Assembly: GCA_031418035.1 (NCBI GenBank)
Contig: JANOWU010000038.1
Coordinates: 217-64,216 of the forward strand
Direction of reading: 5' to 3'
Source of the DNA: Acidimicrobiia bacterium
GTDB taxonomy: Bacteria; Actinomycetota; Acidimicrobiia; Acidimicrobiales; JANYDT01
Length of the DNA: 64,000 nucleotides
In this document: piece after piece, positions 27,073 to 39,840 of the stretch
How positions within the stretch are numbered: the first letter of the stretch is position 1
Layout of the letters: every line of letters begins with the position of its first letter
Made by a program: the position numbers and the translations under genes
The notes under the pieces: generated by a model
Databases searched by the model: none
What the model saw: the letters and a program-made list of their open reading frames with translations, nothing else
What the model was told of the DNA's origin: nothing

Positions 27073-27639
27073 GTGAACACCTTGGTGCTGGACCTCCAAC
27101 GGATGTGGCTCTCACACCACGACGATGATCAACTGGTTCGCTGTATCGAGGTGCAGGGCCGCCACGTGTGTCGACGCTGCGCCGTCCTCTACCCGGTCGC
27201 CCTCCTGGTTCTCGGTGCCATCGCCATCGGGCTCTCCATTCCGACGTGGACGATGTTCGTGCTCCCGATTCCCGCGGTGGTCGAGTTCATCGCCGAGACT
27301 CGGGGGCTTTCGTATGTGCCGAGACGGCAGGCTCTCCTGACGGCGATCGCGGCACCTGCCCTGGGTCTTGGGTTTTCGCGCGCCGTCGACAACCCCCTCG
27401 ACGGCGCGTTGTGGACCATGGTCGCGCTCTGTGTCGTGCCCTGCCTCGTTGCTGCGACGATCCGGGCTCACGAGGAGCAGCGCGTGGCGCGGCGAATACG
27501 CAAAGACGGCGAAGAAGACCATCCGCTGCTCCGAGGATTCGGGTCTGCGCAGGAGTTTCAGCGGTATCTCGATGCGGCCGGTGAGGCAGTGGCGGCGGCG
27601 TCGGCGGCCAACGATCGCCCCCCGACGCTGCGTCGATAA
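27073..27639 (+). CDS. hypothetical polytopic membrane protein (DUF2085-like CxxC..membrane pattern)
   Basis: HVCRRCAVLYPVALLVLG followed by 3-4 hydrophobic helices. Both the family call and the start are tentative. Confidence 0.4.
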   Translation: MNTLVLDLQRMWLSHHDDDQLVRCIEVQGRHVCRRCAVLYPVALLVLGAIAIGLSIPTWTMFVLPIPAVVEFIAETRGLSYVPRRQALLTAIAAPALGLGFSRAVDNPLDGALWTMVALCVVPCLVAATIRAHEEQRVARRIRKDGEEDHPLLRGFGSAQEFQRYLDAAGEAVAAASAANDRPPTLRR

Positions 27640-27703
27640 CGGTGCCACCGACAGCATCGGGAGTCGACGGTGCCACCGACGCTTGTCCGGGGCGTCGCGT
27701 GAC

Positions 27704-30868
<3,165 letters not shown>

Positions 30869-30948
30869 CTCGGGCGCACGGGAACTCAGCGACGCCGACC
30901 AGCCGTCGGCGAGGGACGCCGCACCACCAGCGCGGGCCCTCAGCGGCG

Positions 30949-32739
30949 CTACCAGCCTCCCGAACTTCCGCCGCCACCACCGCCGCCGACCGAACCTCCG
31001 GAGAATCCGCCGCCACCTCCGCTGCCGCCACTCGACGACGGCGCCGTGCGACTCGATCGCATGGACGAGCCGAGCGACGGGAGTAGCAACGGACCGGCAC
31101 TGGCCCGTGCTGGTTCGGGGATGTTCGCTTTGCTGAGCGCCTTGCTCCAGGCTGCCGTTGCGCCGAGCGCGACCGCCCAACCGCTGTACTCGCGAAGGAA
31201 CCCGTTGTTCCATGCCCATTCGACGTGCTGCCCCTCGCTTGTCTCCAGGAATCGACGAAACGATTCGGTGCGAATCGCAAGCGCGCTTCCTTCTGCGCTC
31301 CTGGACTTGAGGAGGAAGTGGTAGACGCCGAACGCCGCAAGGGTTGCCAGCGCCGCTCCGGCGAGGACAGCGAACAACGGAGACGACACGAACTGCGGAA
31401 TTGAGGTGCGCCGAACCGAGAAGGATCCATTCGGGCGGTTTCGGCGTGACAGGAAGAACCCGACAACGACGAGGAGGATGACAGCCGTGCCGATTCCCCC
31501 TTTGGCGCGGGGTGAGCCCTTCTGCCACCAGCCGCTGGCGTCGATGCGACGCTGTTGAGCGTTTTGAACAGACTTCCACGCAGCAGCGAACATCGGGTCG
31601 TACTTTCCGGTTTCCATGACACCGGTCGGGCCGACGAGAAGTTCCACGAGGTTCTGGTCATCGGCGTTGAGTTCGTTGAACTTCTTTCCTTTTCGCAAGA
31701 CCAGATGCGAACCGTTCTTGTCGACATCGATGGCTTCGCGGCCCGCCATCCCCGAGATCCAAAGGGTCGGACTATCCGAGGTAATATGTTCGCTTAAGAG
31801 TACTGCGCCCTCCCATGGTTGGAGACCCTTCGGTGGAGCGAACTCCGTGGTGGCCAGCTCATCCATGGCGTCGTCGGACACCAACGTCGTGGCTCGACCA
31901 CTCGTACCGAAAGCTGCATCGGCGGCGCTCCCGGCGTAGACCACGTTGCGTCCCCGGCGTCGCAACGTTCGATACACCAATGCGCCGAGACCGGTATTCA
32001 GGGCACCCATGCCGACCGCGAGGGGCACACTGTTGGAGTTCTTTCGGGCCGGGAGATCAGGGAGTGGAGGCATGGATACGCCTTCGGCAAGTTCGATCGA
32101 GGTGATCGCCGCGCCGATGGTCACGCCCTGATTTGGCGTGATGTCGGAAACGACGGCGCGATACCCCGCCTCGGTTTTCTCGAGGGAACAGCCACCGACC
32201 GCGCCGAAGGCCCCGGTACTGCATTTCGGATCAGCCAAGTTCATGCCGACGACGAGCACTTCGAGGCGGTCGGTGACCAACGTGTCTTCGTTGCCGATGA
32301 TGTCGACGGCGAGACCTCGACTGGTGGTTTGGGCATCGGGGAGGGTGTAGCTCAACACGTAGCGATGCTGTCCGTCGACGGTCTGTTGGGGGTCTCCTAT
32401 GCGGAGACGGGTTCGGTTGCCCAGCGGAGAGACGTCGAGCATGGCTGGGGCATCGGGAGACTCTGCCCGGACGTTCGTGGGCACACCAAAATCGTTGTCG
32501 ACGTTGCGAACATAGCCATGACGCCTCGTTCGTGCCATGTCGTAATCGATGACTTCGCGAACGCGAACTCCTCCGTTCACGGCGGGGGCGATCGTGACCT
32601 GCTTGGCTTCGAAGTGCTCATAGCGCCCCGACCCGACCACTCCGGCCATCGCCAGCCCGGCGCTCCCAAAACCAGCAAGGGCAACGACGCCGTGGCGCCA
32701 TGGCCCCATCTTGCCGAGTTTCACCGATTCCTTAGGCAT
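30949..32739 (-). CDS. DUF2207-like membrane protein with a Gly-rich C-terminal tail
   Basis: N-terminal signal-anchor, a large extracytoplasmic domain, several TM segments, and the tail GGSGGGGGFSGGSVGGGGGGGSSGGW characteristic of DUF2207 proteins. Confidence 0.55.
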   Translation of the reverse strand: MPKESVKLGKMGPWRHGVVALAGFGSAGLAMAGVVGSGRYEHFEAKQVTIAPAVNGGVRVREVIDYDMARTRRHGYVRNVDNDFGVPTNVRAESPDAPAMLDVSPLGNRTRLRIGDPQQTVDGQHRYVLSYTLPDAQTTSRGLAVDIIGNEDTLVTDRLEVLVVGMNLADPKCSTGAFGAVGGCSLEKTEAGYRAVVSDITPNQGVTIGAAITSIELAEGVSMPPLPDLPARKNSNSVPLAVGMGALNTGLGALVYRTLRRRGRNVVYAGSAADAAFGTSGRATTLVSDDAMDELATTEFAPPKGLQPWEGAVLLSEHITSDSPTLWISGMAGREAIDVDKNGSHLVLRKGKKFNELNADDQNLVELLVGPTGVMETGKYDPMFAAAWKSVQNAQQRRIDASGWWQKGSPRAKGGIGTAVILLVVVGFFLSRRNRPNGSFSVRRTSIPQFVSSPLFAVLAGAALATLAAFGVYHFLLKSRSAEGSALAIRTESFRRFLETSEGQHVEWAWNNGFLREYSGWAVALGATAAWSKALSKANIPEPARASAGPLLLPSLGSSMRSSRTAPSSSGGSGGGGGFSGGSVGGGGGGGSSGGW

Positions 32740-32792
32740 GATCCCTACCTTGTCATAGATGCGTCGCCGGAAGCGGACCCTTGTCGGTCACC

Positions 32793-33848
32793 TCAGCGGA
32801 CGATACCGCCGGCGGCCACGAGGTCGTCGCGATACAGCACCACGGTCTGGCCGGGGGCGACCCGCCGACGTGGTTCCGTAAACGTCACTGCGACTGAGCC
32901 ATCGCTATGCGCGCGTACAGAAACGGGAAAGGGATCGCCGTGCGCGCTCGTTTGGGCCAGAAGTTCGTGACCGGAATTGTCGGTGAGCACTCCGATCGAG
33001 TCGACGAACTGGTCGAGTACGAGCGCGTCGACGAGAAGCTCCTCGGGTGTCCCGATCGTCACTGTTTGTCCCGGCACGTCGACGTCGACGACGTAACGTG
33101 CCTCGGGAACCCCCAGCTGTCCGAGTCCGCGTCGCTGGCCGATCGTGACCAGCTCTACGGCGTCGGTGGTTCCGACCTCACGACCCGACGTGTCGACGAT
33201 GCGTGCTGAACGAAGCGGGATGCGACTGCCGAGGAAGACGCGTCGGCCACCGTCGGTTTTTGCAATGAAGCAGACGTCCATGCTCTCGGGCTTATCGGCG
33301 GTTCGCAGCCCCAGCGCTGTGGCGCGAGCACGGACTTCGGTCTTCGTCAGATCGCCGACCGGGAACACACATTTCGCCAGGACCGCCTGACCGATCATGT
33401 GCACGACGTAGGACTGGTCCTTCTGGGGATCGTGGCCGCGGCCGATCGCCACGCGGCCGTCGGCGAGCTCAACTCGGCGGACGTGGTGACCGGTGGCAAT
33501 AGCGTCGTAGCCGAGACGTTCCGCTCGGGCGGCGAACAGATCGAACTTCACGTGTCGGTTGCATTCGACGCAGGGGTTCGGTGTGCGACCCTGCTGGTGT
33601 GCTGCGACGTAGGGGTTCACGACGTGGGTATCAAAATCGTCGGAGAAGTTGAATACGAAGTGATCGATGTCGAGTTGTTGGGCGACGCGGCGGGCATCGT
33701 CGACGTCGGCGACGGAACAGCATCCTGAGTCACTCGGCCCGCCCCACAGGCGCAGCGTTGCACCGGCAATTTCATGACCCTGTTCTCGAAGGATCGCCGC
33801 GGCAACGGAGGAGTCGACGCCGCCCGACATCGCAACCAGGATCCTCAT
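32793..33848 (-). CDS. mnmA: tRNA 2-thiouridine(34) synthase
   Basis: PP-loop VAMSGGVDSSVAA, CNRHVKF and the typical length. 4-nt overlap with the upstream desulfurase gene. Confidence 0.9.
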   Translation of the reverse strand: MRILVAMSGGVDSSVAAAILREQGHEIAGATLRLWGGPSDSGCCSVADVDDARRVAQQLDIDHFVFNFSDDFDTHVVNPYVAAHQQGRTPNPCVECNRHVKFDLFAARAERLGYDAIATGHHVRRVELADGRVAIGRGHDPQKDQSYVVHMIGQAVLAKCVFPVGDLTKTEVRARATALGLRTADKPESMDVCFIAKTDGGRRVFLGSRIPLRSARIVDTSGREVGTTDAVELVTIGQRRGLGQLGVPEARYVVDVDVPGQTVTIGTPEELLVDALVLDQFVDSIGVLTDNSGHELLAQTSAHGDPFPVSVRAHSDGSVAVTFTEPRRRVAPGQTVVLYRDDLVAAGGIVR

Positions 33849-34981
33849 GACCGGTCCCCCCGTAGTTTGGCTACCGATGCACGAACGATCGCGACGGCGT
33901 CGCCGATGTCGACGTTGGTGGTGTCGGCACCGAGGGTGAACCGCAGCGATCCGCGAGCGTCATCGACAGGCACGCCCATCGCAACGAGCACGGGGGAGAG
34001 ATGGAGCGCGCCGCTCGCGCACGCGGACCCGGCCGACGCCGCGATGCCCTGATGATCGATCATTACCAGTAGTTCCTCGCTCTCGACCCCTTGAATGCAT
34101 ACGTGGGCGTTGCCGGCGACTTTATAAGCGCGCGGAACAGTCTCGACGCAGCGATCGATTGTCGAAACCAATTCGTCGACGAAACGGTCGCGAAGCGCAG
34201 CGAGATTCTTCACTCGCTCGCTTCGTGCTCGGTCAGTGCTCTCGGCCGCAACGGCCATGGCCACGATGCCTGCGACGTTCTGGGTGCCGCTGCGCCGGTC
34301 CTGTTCCTGTCCTCCGCCATAGAGAAGTGGACGTATCTTTCGCCCGTTGCGGACAACGAGCGCGCCGACCCCTTTCGGGCCGCCGAACTTGTGACCCGAA
34401 ATCGCCAGAAAGTCGCTCGACGCCGTGATCGGTCGGAGGTCGAGCCACGTGAGTGCCTGCACGGCGTCGACGACAAGGGCAGGCCGGCGGTCCAGGGCAG
34501 ACAGTCGCGTTGCCAGCTCATCGATCGGCTGAATCGTTCCGACTTCGTTGTTGACGGCCATCACGGCGACCACATCGACGTCGGCGACGACCTCAAGGGC
34601 CGCGTCGAGGTCGAGTACGCCGTGGCAGGTCACCGGGAGCTCGTAGCTGGCGATCCCCTCGCGCTCGAAGGCTGCGGCCTGCGAACGGACCGCGTCGTGC
34701 TCGATGGCGCTCCACGCCACCGACTTCGGTCCTGTGGCGAGAAGGGCCGTGTTTATCGCTTCGGTTCCGCCACCGGTGAACACGACTTCGTGCGGTCCTG
34801 CGCCGAGCACTGCAGCGATGCGGTCGCGAGCGTCTTCGAGAAGGGCTCGAGCTCGCCGCGCTTCACGATGCACGCCAGACGGGTTTCCGAAGTCGTGGGC
34901 GAGCACATCGGCCATTGCCGCCACCGCCTCGGGCAGCATCGGTGTGGTCGCCGCATGGTCAAGGTAGATACGGCGGCTCAC
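33845..34981 (-). CDS. cysteine desulfurase (IscS/NifS family)
   Basis: IYLDHAATTP, PLP-Lys context SGHKFGGPKGVGAL and catalytic Cys SAGSACASG. Start placed at GTG 34981 (VSRRIYLDHAAT); the upstream part of the ORF looks non-coding. Confidence 0.85.
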   Translation of the reverse strand: MSRRIYLDHAATTPMLPEAVAAMADVLAHDFGNPSGVHREARRARALLEDARDRIAAVLGAGPHEVVFTGGGTEAINTALLATGPKSVAWSAIEHDAVRSQAAAFEREGIASYELPVTCHGVLDLDAALEVVADVDVVAVMAVNNEVGTIQPIDELATRLSALDRRPALVVDAVQALTWLDLRPITASSDFLAISGHKFGGPKGVGALVVRNGRKIRPLLYGGGQEQDRRSGTQNVAGIVAMAVAAESTDRARSERVKNLAALRDRFVDELVSTIDRCVETVPRAYKVAGNAHVCIQGVESEELLVMIDHQGIAASAGSACASGALHLSPVLVAMGVPVDDARGSLRFTLGADTTNVDIGDAVAIVRASVAKLRGDRS

Positions 34982-35031
34982 TCCTCTAGCGTACGCCCGT
35001 CGAAGCAGCCAAGAGTACGAAATAGACGAGC

Positions 35032-35061
35032 GCACAGGGTGGAGACCGTTCCACCCTGTGC
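35032..35061 (-). terminator. intrinsic terminator downstream of the surface-protein gene
   Basis: 12-bp perfect stem gcacagggtgga / tccaccctgtgc with a 6-nt loop, followed on the minus strand by a U-containing tract. Confidence 0.6.
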
Positions 35062-35075
35062 ACCCCGAGGATTGA

Positions 35076-38000
35076 TCAGCGTCGACCGAACCGGCGGCGG
35101 CGGGCGATCGGCGAAAGCGACAGGAACAATCCCGCACCGAGCAGGATCATCGCGTAGCCGGTGTTCTCCAGCGCGCCGGAGCCGGTGAAGGCGAGAGCTT
35201 CGTTGTTCGCCACTCGGAATTCTGCATTGGTGATCGATTCACCGAGGACGTTGACCACCACGGCCTTCTTGGTGAGGAAGGACAACTCCGGCGGAACCCC
35301 GCCCACGATCTCGACGCTGTATTCGCCGGGGATCAGACCGAAGAGCTCGTAACAACCTTCGGCATCGGTCGTGGCGACGGCAACGACGATGCCCCCTCTG
35401 TCACGGATTTCGAGCTTGGCACCGCCAACGGCGCCCTCTCCCGGATCTTGTTTCCCGTTGGTGTTGGCGTCGACATAGATGCACGATTTCAATCCGGACT
35501 TCTTGTCGGGGGTGGGCACGGCGGGCGCGGGCGTTGTGGTGGCGGTTTCCACCTTTGTGGTCGACGGTGCTGGTGCGGTCGTGGGAACGGTCGGGTTCGT
35601 TGTGGGCACCGTGGTTGTAACAACGGTTGTCTCCGGAGCGGTGGTGACCACAACGACGGGTGGCGTCGAATCCGGGACATCCGGGGTTGTCGTGGTTGTC
35701 GTTGTCGTGGACGTGCTCGTCGGCGCCGTGGTGGATGGTGCCTCCGTTGTGGTTGTTGTGGTTGTCGTGGCCGTTGTGGTTGTCGTCGACGTGCTGGTCG
35801 TCGTCGGCTGCGTGGTGGTGACCACGACCGGACTGTAGAAGCCGAAGTCAACACTCAGGTTGGTCCGGGCGTCGGGCGCTTCACCTGCCACGACGGTCGG
35901 ATTCGTGTCGGTCTCGCCCGTCGGCTCGAGGTTTGCGGCGAGTGTGACAACGCCAGAGGTGATGCCGACGGTTGCATATGACGACGTATCAATTCCGTTG
36001 TCATCGGAGTCGACGTTGCCGTCGGCGTTCGCGGCGGTGGTTGTCGAGGACACCTTGGCGACGAGAGCACCGCCTCCCGTGAAGTTGTCAGCTTCGATGC
36101 GAACTCGGTAGTCGCCCGAATCGAGGTTGTCGAAGCGGTAGTACCCACCGTTGCCTGTTGTGGCGGTCGCAACGATCGCGCGGAGGTTGTCGAGAAGGAC
36201 AACCCGAACGCTGTCGACACCCATCTCGCCGGCGTCGATCGTTCCGTCGTTGTCGGTGTCCATCCAGACACGGTTGCCGATCGAATACTTCTCGACGCTG
36301 CCCGGAAGGGTTGTGGTGGTCGTTGAGGTGGTCGTTGTGGTCGACGTGGTTGACGTGGTCGACGTGGTCGACGTCGTCGTGGTCACCGTCGGTGTGTAGA
36401 ACCCGAAGTCGACCGTGAGGTTGGAACGCGCGTCGGGCGCATCGCCGGTGGCGTTTGCGGCGTCGCGGTCGGTGTCATTCGTCGGCTCGCTGTTCGTGCC
36501 GAGCACGATGACTCCCGACATGACACCGTTGGAGTACGCGACGGGGTCTACGCCGTTGTCGTCGGAGTCGACACCGCCTTCAGGATCGGCGACGGTGGGC
36601 GTCGATGACAGCTTGCCGGACAACGCACCCGTGGGATCGAAGTTCACCGGATCGATGTGGACCCGGTAACCGCCGGCGTCGAGGTTGTCGAAGCGGTAGT
36701 AGCCGCCGTTGGCGGTCATCGTGAATGTGGCGGCGACACCAGGACCGGGATCACTGTCGACCGCCGCACCAGTGCTGTCGAGAAGGACGACCAGAACGTT
36801 GTCGACGCCCGCCTCGCCGACGTCACGCAATCCGTTGTTGTCGGTGTCCATCCACACGCGGTTTCCGAGCGAGTACTTCTCGACTACGACGACCGGGGTG
36901 TGGAAACCGAAGTCGACGGTGAGGTTGGAACGCGCGTCGGGTGCATCACCGGCCGTATTGACCGTGTCGCGGTCGGTGTCGTTCGTCGGCTCTGCGTTCG
37001 CCCCGAGCGTCACGACGTTCGAGGTGACGCCGGTGGCGTAGTTCGACGGGTCCACGCCGTTGTCATTGGAGTCCACGTTGAGGTTTGCGTTGGCCTCGGT
37101 CGTCGCTGACGACTGTTTCCCGTCCAACAGATTTCCCGTTGCGAAGTTCGACCCCTCGACTCGTACGCGATAGTCACCGGCCGCGAGTCCGTCGAAGCGG
37201 TAGTAGCCACCGTTCGCCGTCGTGGTTTGGATCGGTTGAACGCCGTCGCCAGGATTTGCATTGGCATCGATGATGTTGCCGCTTGCGTCGAGGAGCGTGA
37301 CGATGATTCCGTCGATCCCACTTTCACCAGCGTCGATGGTGCCGTCATTGTCGGTGTCCATCCACACCCGGTTTCCGAGCGAGTAGAGCTCCGGTGCGGG
37401 AACCGGCACGAACCCGAAGTCGACAGTGTGATCACTGGCCCCTACAGGACCGGTCGAGAAGGTATACGTCGCTCCGTTGACCGTTGACGGAATCAGGGTT
37501 CCGTCGGAGTCGCGGATGTCACCGTCGGTCGTGGCGTCATTGTTGGGGACCGTCGTGGCGTAGGTGTTAAGTGCACTTTGGTTTTGTACGATGCGGATCT
37601 GGTAGTTGGCGGTGTTCGGAACCAAACCGGGGATCGCGCTGGACGAGAAGTAGTACAGGCCGTTGGTGTCGGTGGTCTCCGTGGCAATGACCGTTCCGGC
37701 GCTGTTGAGCAACTGGACGTCCACGTTGTTGACAGCGGCCTCGTTCGGGTCTTGAACACCGTCGCCGTCGGTGTCGATCCACACACGGTTGCCGACCTCG
37801 AACGGTGCAAGACCGCAGAGGAGTTCGATGTCGCCCATGCCGTTTGCCTTGCCGAGACCACCGGGATCTTGGTTGGACGGGGATACTGACGCACCGTCAC
37901 CGCTCAAGGCGTAGTTCTGCGCCGCAAGCCCGGTCGTCTGATCGAACCAGCGAACACCGCTCGTGAGCCATTCGTTCGGATCGAAGACGCTTGCGGCAAC

Positions 38001-38525
38001 CCGATTCGATCCAGGCAGGAGCGCGAGGGCGCCCAGGCTGAGTTCGGGATGACCACCTGCGCCGTCGGCTGTTCCGGGTGAGTTGAAATCGTCGCGGAGA
38101 TAGAACTCGCCCGCGCCCGGACCGCGATGGTCCGACCCCGACCCGCCGGTGATGTTCGCGCCGCATGTTCCGCCGGATTCGAGGCTGTAGTTCCCCGTCG
38201 ACGGTGCGACACAGGCTTTCAGGACGTCCCCTGCGGTCGCAGCGTACGTGATGATCGACCGCGTGGTGTTCCCTGGGGCGTTGTAGTTGTTCGAGGCGGT
38301 CTGCAGGCCGTTGCGATCCATGATTCCGATGGTCATGTCGCCATTGGCGTCGAAGTCGATGTTGCTCACGATCATGGATTTGCCGCCCCACGTGTCGTCC
38401 CATGCTCCCCAGGACACGGCGGAAGTCGTCCAGGTCCCCGCAGAGTCGTAGTTGGGGATGGCGACGTTGAGCGACCATGACCCGAGCGCGGATCGGCTCG
38501 TGGTGTTCACGTCCCGGGAGAACAC
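35076..38525 (-). CDS. cell-wall-anchored surface protein, C-terminal 1149-aa part: SdrD-B/Cna-B-like repeats, poly-Thr linkers and an LAFTG sorting signal. Appears to be the 3' portion of a frameshifted gene.
   Basis: Four repeats carrying GNRVW[IM]DTD[GN][DN]G, plus one C-terminal Cna-B-like unit. Thr-rich linkers. C-terminus is LAFTG, then a hydrophobic helix, then RRRRFGRR. No signal peptide at its own N-terminus. Confidence 0.8.
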   Translation of the reverse strand: MFSRDVNTTSRSALGSWSLNVAIPNYDSAGTWTTSAVSWGAWDDTWGGKSMIVSNIDFDANGDMTIGIMDRNGLQTASNNYNAPGNTTRSIITYAATAGDVLKACVAPSTGNYSLESGGTCGANITGGSGSDHRGPGAGEFYLRDDFNSPGTADGAGGHPELSLGALALLPGSNRVAASVFDPNEWLTSGVRWFDQTTGLAAQNYALSGDGASVSPSNQDPGGLGKANGMGDIELLCGLAPFEVGNRVWIDTDGDGVQDPNEAAVNNVDVQLLNSAGTVIATETTDTNGLYYFSSSAIPGLVPNTANYQIRIVQNQSALNTYATTVPNNDATTDGDIRDSDGTLIPSTVNGATYTFSTGPVGASDHTVDFGFVPVPAPELYSLGNRVWMDTDNDGTIDAGESGIDGIIVTLLDASGNIIDANANPGDGVQPIQTTTANGGYYRFDGLAAGDYRVRVEGSNFATGNLLDGKQSSATTEANANLNVDSNDNGVDPSNYATGVTSNVVTLGANAEPTNDTDRDTVNTAGDAPDARSNLTVDFGFHTPVVVVEKYSLGNRVWMDTDNNGLRDVGEAGVDNVLVVLLDSTGAAVDSDPGPGVAATFTMTANGGYYRFDNLDAGGYRVHIDPVNFDPTGALSGKLSSTPTVADPEGGVDSDDNGVDPVAYSNGVMSGVIVLGTNSEPTNDTDRDAANATGDAPDARSNLTVDFGFYTPTVTTTTSTTSTTSTTSTTTTTSTTTTTLPGSVEKYSIGNRVWMDTDNDGTIDAGEMGVDSVRVVLLDNLRAIVATATTGNGGYYRFDNLDSGDYRVRIEADNFTGGGALVAKVSSTTTAANADGNVDSDDNGIDTSSYATVGITSGVVTLAANLEPTGETDTNPTVVAGEAPDARTNLSVDFGFYSPVVVTTTQPTTTSTSTTTTTATTTTTTTTEAPSTTAPTSTSTTTTTTTTPDVPDSTPPVVVVTTAPETTVVTTTVPTTNPTVPTTAPAPSTTKVETATTTPAPAVPTPDKKSGLKSCIYVDANTNGKQDPGEGAVGGAKLEIRDRGGIVVAVATTDAEGCYELFGLIPGEYSVEIVGGVPPELSFLTKKAVVVNVLGESITNAEFRVANNEALAFTGSGALENTGYAMILLGAGLFLSLSPIARRRRFGRR

Positions 38526-39667
38526 CGCGCCGATGTCGCCACCCCTACGGTCGGGCTGTCACACGAGACGCCGGCATACACGCGGTCGATGTTTTGGCCA
38601 CCCTGGACGAAGCTGCGGGTCTTGAGACCCCACACCCGCGCGGTTCCCTGTGCGGTGCAATCGAGCGGCGGGGTGCCGTAGCTGGCCAGGTTTGGGGTGC
38701 TCGAGACAGGATTGGACACGATCTCGCGTGTCGCGAGATTGGAGGCGTAGAGCACCGTGCCCGAGTCGTTGATTTCGATATCGCCGATTCCAACGCGTCC
38801 GACGTCGGCAAATGCGCCATCGTCGAACGACGGGTCGGCTGCGTTGCCAAGGCCCCGGGCGGCGTCGTTATAGGTGCCAAAGGTCGGGCCGAGGTTCAGG
38901 AAGGGCGTGGTGACTCCGGCCGCGGTGGTCCGGTAGATCTGTGCGATGCCACCCGGGCCGAGGCCTACATGTCGGCGAAGCACCGCTGAGGAGAACGTGT
39001 CGCCGGTGGATCGTTGCACGGCAACACCCCACACGGCACCAGTTGCTTGTCGCTCGGCGTGCTTGTTCGTCGGGCCACGTCCGTCGCCGCTTGCCGCCCA
39101 TCCGAACTTCGACAGCGACTTTGCCGTCGCAAGGTCATTGTTCGCCGTCCCGTTGAGAAAGCACGATGCGACGAGTTGTGGATTCGTTCCGCAGTAGTCC
39201 GACGGTCGCATGAGACCGATGTTCACGTTGCTGGCCCCGGGGCTCACGAACTGTACGGTCCCGCCGTTGCCGGCGCCGTGGGGCCCGGGCTTGACGCCGA
39301 GAAGTCGGCTGTCCGCCTCGTTCCACGTCGCTTCGACACGAACCGTTCCGGTGCAGCTGTGCGCGACGGAGTATGTCCCGTCAGGCGACGTCGTCTGCGA
39401 CCCACAGGCGAGGCCCGCGGCGTCGTACGCCTTCACGAGGATGTTCCCAATGCCCGTGTCGGTTTGGGCACCTGTGGCGTTCATCGTGCCGTCGGCCCCG
39501 AAATCCAAGTACACGGTCCCGGTCAGGAACGTCGGCGCGGCGAATGCGTTTGACGTCTGCCCGAGGCCTGCCGAAACGAGTGTCACGCCCAGCACCGCCC
39601 GAGCCACACGAGAGATCGTGGTTCGAGACCAGCTGGTGGGTCGCAGCAATGCAGGCAATTCGCGCAA
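38507..39667 (-). CDS. N-terminal part of the same surface protein (signal peptide plus first domains), ending at a frameshift
   Basis: Signal-like RTTISRVARAVLGVTLVSAGLGQTSNAFA|AP. Plausible TTG start at 39667 with ggag 6 nt upstream (ORF open to 39823). Ends 19 nt inside the next ORF in a different frame. Confidence 0.65.
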   Translation of the reverse strand: MRELPALLRPTSWSRTTISRVARAVLGVTLVSAGLGQTSNAFAAPTFLTGTVYLDFGADGTMNATGAQTDTGIGNILVKAYDAAGLACGSQTTSPDGTYSVAHSCTGTVRVEATWNEADSRLLGVKPGPHGAGNGGTVQFVSPGASNVNIGLMRPSDYCGTNPQLVASCFLNGTANNDLATAKSLSKFGWAASGDGRGPTNKHAERQATGAVWGVAVQRSTGDTFSSAVLRRHVGLGPGGIAQIYRTTAAGVTTPFLNLGPTFGTYNDAARGLGNAADPSFDDGAFADVGRVGIGDIEINDSGTVLYASNLATREIVSNPVSSTPNLASYGTPPLDCTAQGTARVWGLKTRSFVQGGQNIDRVYAGVSCDSPTVGVATSARCSPGT

Positions 39668-39840
39668 GGGAAGCTCCAAATATGGATCGGGGACCCTTAG
39701 GCATCGGCAATTTCGCCACGATGGAAAGAAGAACCCGTCATTCGACCCACCCGTTGAGGCCAATGACCTAGGGGGAACTCCCGGCGCCCTGTGGATGAAA
39801 TCGCCAGTATGCGCCGGACGCAAGCTAGGCTGGCTGGAAC

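Noticed and set aside
27639-27680. 14-nt direct repeat ACGGTGCCACCGAC x2, 28 bp apart, between convergent genes
   Set aside because: It is short, has no associated hairpin or U-tract, and lies in a 3'/3' region with no promoter to regulate. It is probably incidental.
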